This document shows positions 62,852-64,000 of a stretch of DNA of 64,000 bases, piece by piece (positions within the stretch are counted from its first letter, which is position 1; each line of letters starts with the position of its first letter). A program made the position numbers and the translations under genes. The stretch comes from an uncultured Methylomirabilota bacterium. GTDB lineage: Bacteria; Methylomirabilota; Methylomirabilia; Methylomirabilales; 2-02-FULL-66-22. Under the pieces are notes generated by a model. That model did no database searches and was not told where the DNA came from. It was given only the letters and a program-made list of their open reading frames with translations. The stretch is from NCBI GenBank assembly GCA_963705305.1, contig OY970067.1, positions 1,216,001 to 1,280,000 on the forward strand. Direction: 5' to 3'.

Positions 62852-63760
62852 CTAGTATTCGACGGGCCTCCGGAGGAAGCGCCATTGTAGCAGGGTTAGA
62901 ATGAGTAGGGAAACAAACACGAACACGGCCATCACCGACGCCTCGCCAAAGCGGAAGTACTTGAAGGCTGTCTCGTACAGTAAGACAATGATAGTGGTAC
63001 TAGCGCCCAATGGCCCGCCCTGAGTAGTTGCATAGACCTGATCAAAGACTTGAAAATTATAAATCGACTCCAGGATACAAACCATTAGGATTTGTGGATT
63101 AAGCAGCGGCAGCGTGATGTGAAAGAATGCTTGTTTCCAATTCGCCCCATCGATATTAGCGACTTCGTAGTAGTCAGCTGGGATGGACTGAAGAGCCGCG
63201 AGGAAGATCATCGTATCAAAGCCGACTCGAATCCAGACATTGATGCTGGCCAGCGAAGGGAGGACCAGTTCTAGGCTCTCTAGCCACTTCTGCTGCGGAA
63301 GACCCATGAGGGCAAGCAGATAGTTGGCGAAGCCGTAAACGGGGTCGTAGATCCACTGCCAAACAAGAGCCGCGGCAACTAGCGAAACGGAAAATGGCAA
63401 GAAATACATAACTGCCCAGAGACTGCGCCAACGGGGGCTTACAAACTTATTGAGCCCAATAGCAATCAATAGTGCTAATAGAACTGTGGTTGGAAGGGAA
63501 ATGAGTAGCAGCATCACAGTGTTGCGGACACTGGACCAGAAGAGGGGATCGGTCAGAACACGCTCGTAGAGTCTGAGGCCCGCGAACTGGGAGAGACCGT
63601 CAGATCGCTGAAAATAGAAGGACTCAAGAATTGACTGGGCCATCGGGATCAAGAATACAAGAGAGAAGTAAACGAAGGCTGGCAGGATGAAGAGAAAACC
63701 TGCCTGTCGCTGCCGCTCAATATAGTTCCGGGGAAGTAGAAGTCGTATAAAACGCTCCAT
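62852..63760 (-). CDS. Carbohydrate ABC permease (MalF-like)
   Basis: FLAALQSIP..YEVANIDGA, QVFD, TQGGP. Confidence 0.9.
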   Translation of the reverse strand: MERFIRLLLPRNYIERQRQAGFLFILPAFVYFSLVFLIPMAQSILESFYFQRSDGLSQFAGLRLYERVLTDPLFWSSVRNTVMLLLISLPTTVLLALLIAIGLNKFVSPRWRSLWAVMYFLPFSVSLVAAALVWQWIYDPVYGFANYLLALMGLPQQKWLESLELVLPSLASINVWIRVGFDTMIFLAALQSIPADYYEVANIDGANWKQAFFHITLPLLNPQILMVCILESIYNFQVFDQVYATTQGGPLGASTTIIVLLYETAFKYFRFGEASVMAVFVFVSLLILTLLQWRFLRRPVEY

Positions 63761-64000
63761 GCCGTATCCTCACTATACGCACAGAAGTGAGCGACTTTGC
63801 CAGTGGCCCACACTCCATGAAAGTGGGCAGTGAGACTTTTCGCTTTCCATAAGCGGTGCGATCCCCGCGGTCTCCGCCACTTTTTTGGGGCTCAACCAGT
63901 GCTTCGGCCGCCTCGGCTCGGGCGATCAACCCGGTCACCACCCGATTCAGGGCTAGGGCTTTGCCGCCTAGGGGGTTACCGCCATAGCATCGTGGAGTGA

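Noticed and set aside
1..64000. CRISPR array, cas genes, tnpB, reverse transcriptase or known defence systems
   Set aside because: No regularly spaced repeats or diagnostic motifs seen.

Overview
GC-rich bacterial accessory region with no intact housekeeping genes. It is a mosaic of small-molecule uptake and catabolism modules: one branched-chain-type ABC, one polar amino-acid ABC, two carbohydrate ABC and two TRAP systems, four GntR regulators, and many dehydrogenases, aldolases and amidohydrolases. Mobile-element debris is scattered throughout: two related rve/DDE elements with TGT-type inverted ends, IS1380, IS21, IS701 and ISL3 remnants, and an IS200 nested in an ISAzo13 relic. The most unusual spot is 44569-45242. 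It holds two tandem copies of the 3' half of tRNA-Asn(GTT). One copy looks like an island attachment site with integrase arm-like repeats. The other has TCCGCC-N3-GGCGGA hairpins placed in its T loop and anticodon loop, and is followed by REP-like hairpins and a stand-alone GIY-YIG nuclease gene. Also seen: a gapless 106-bp diverged repeat flanking a TRAP cassette, a dctQ/dctP deletion chimera, an IS-truncated lptF, and several single-base homopolymer frameshifts. Product calls come from motifs recognised by eye; substrates are not determined.
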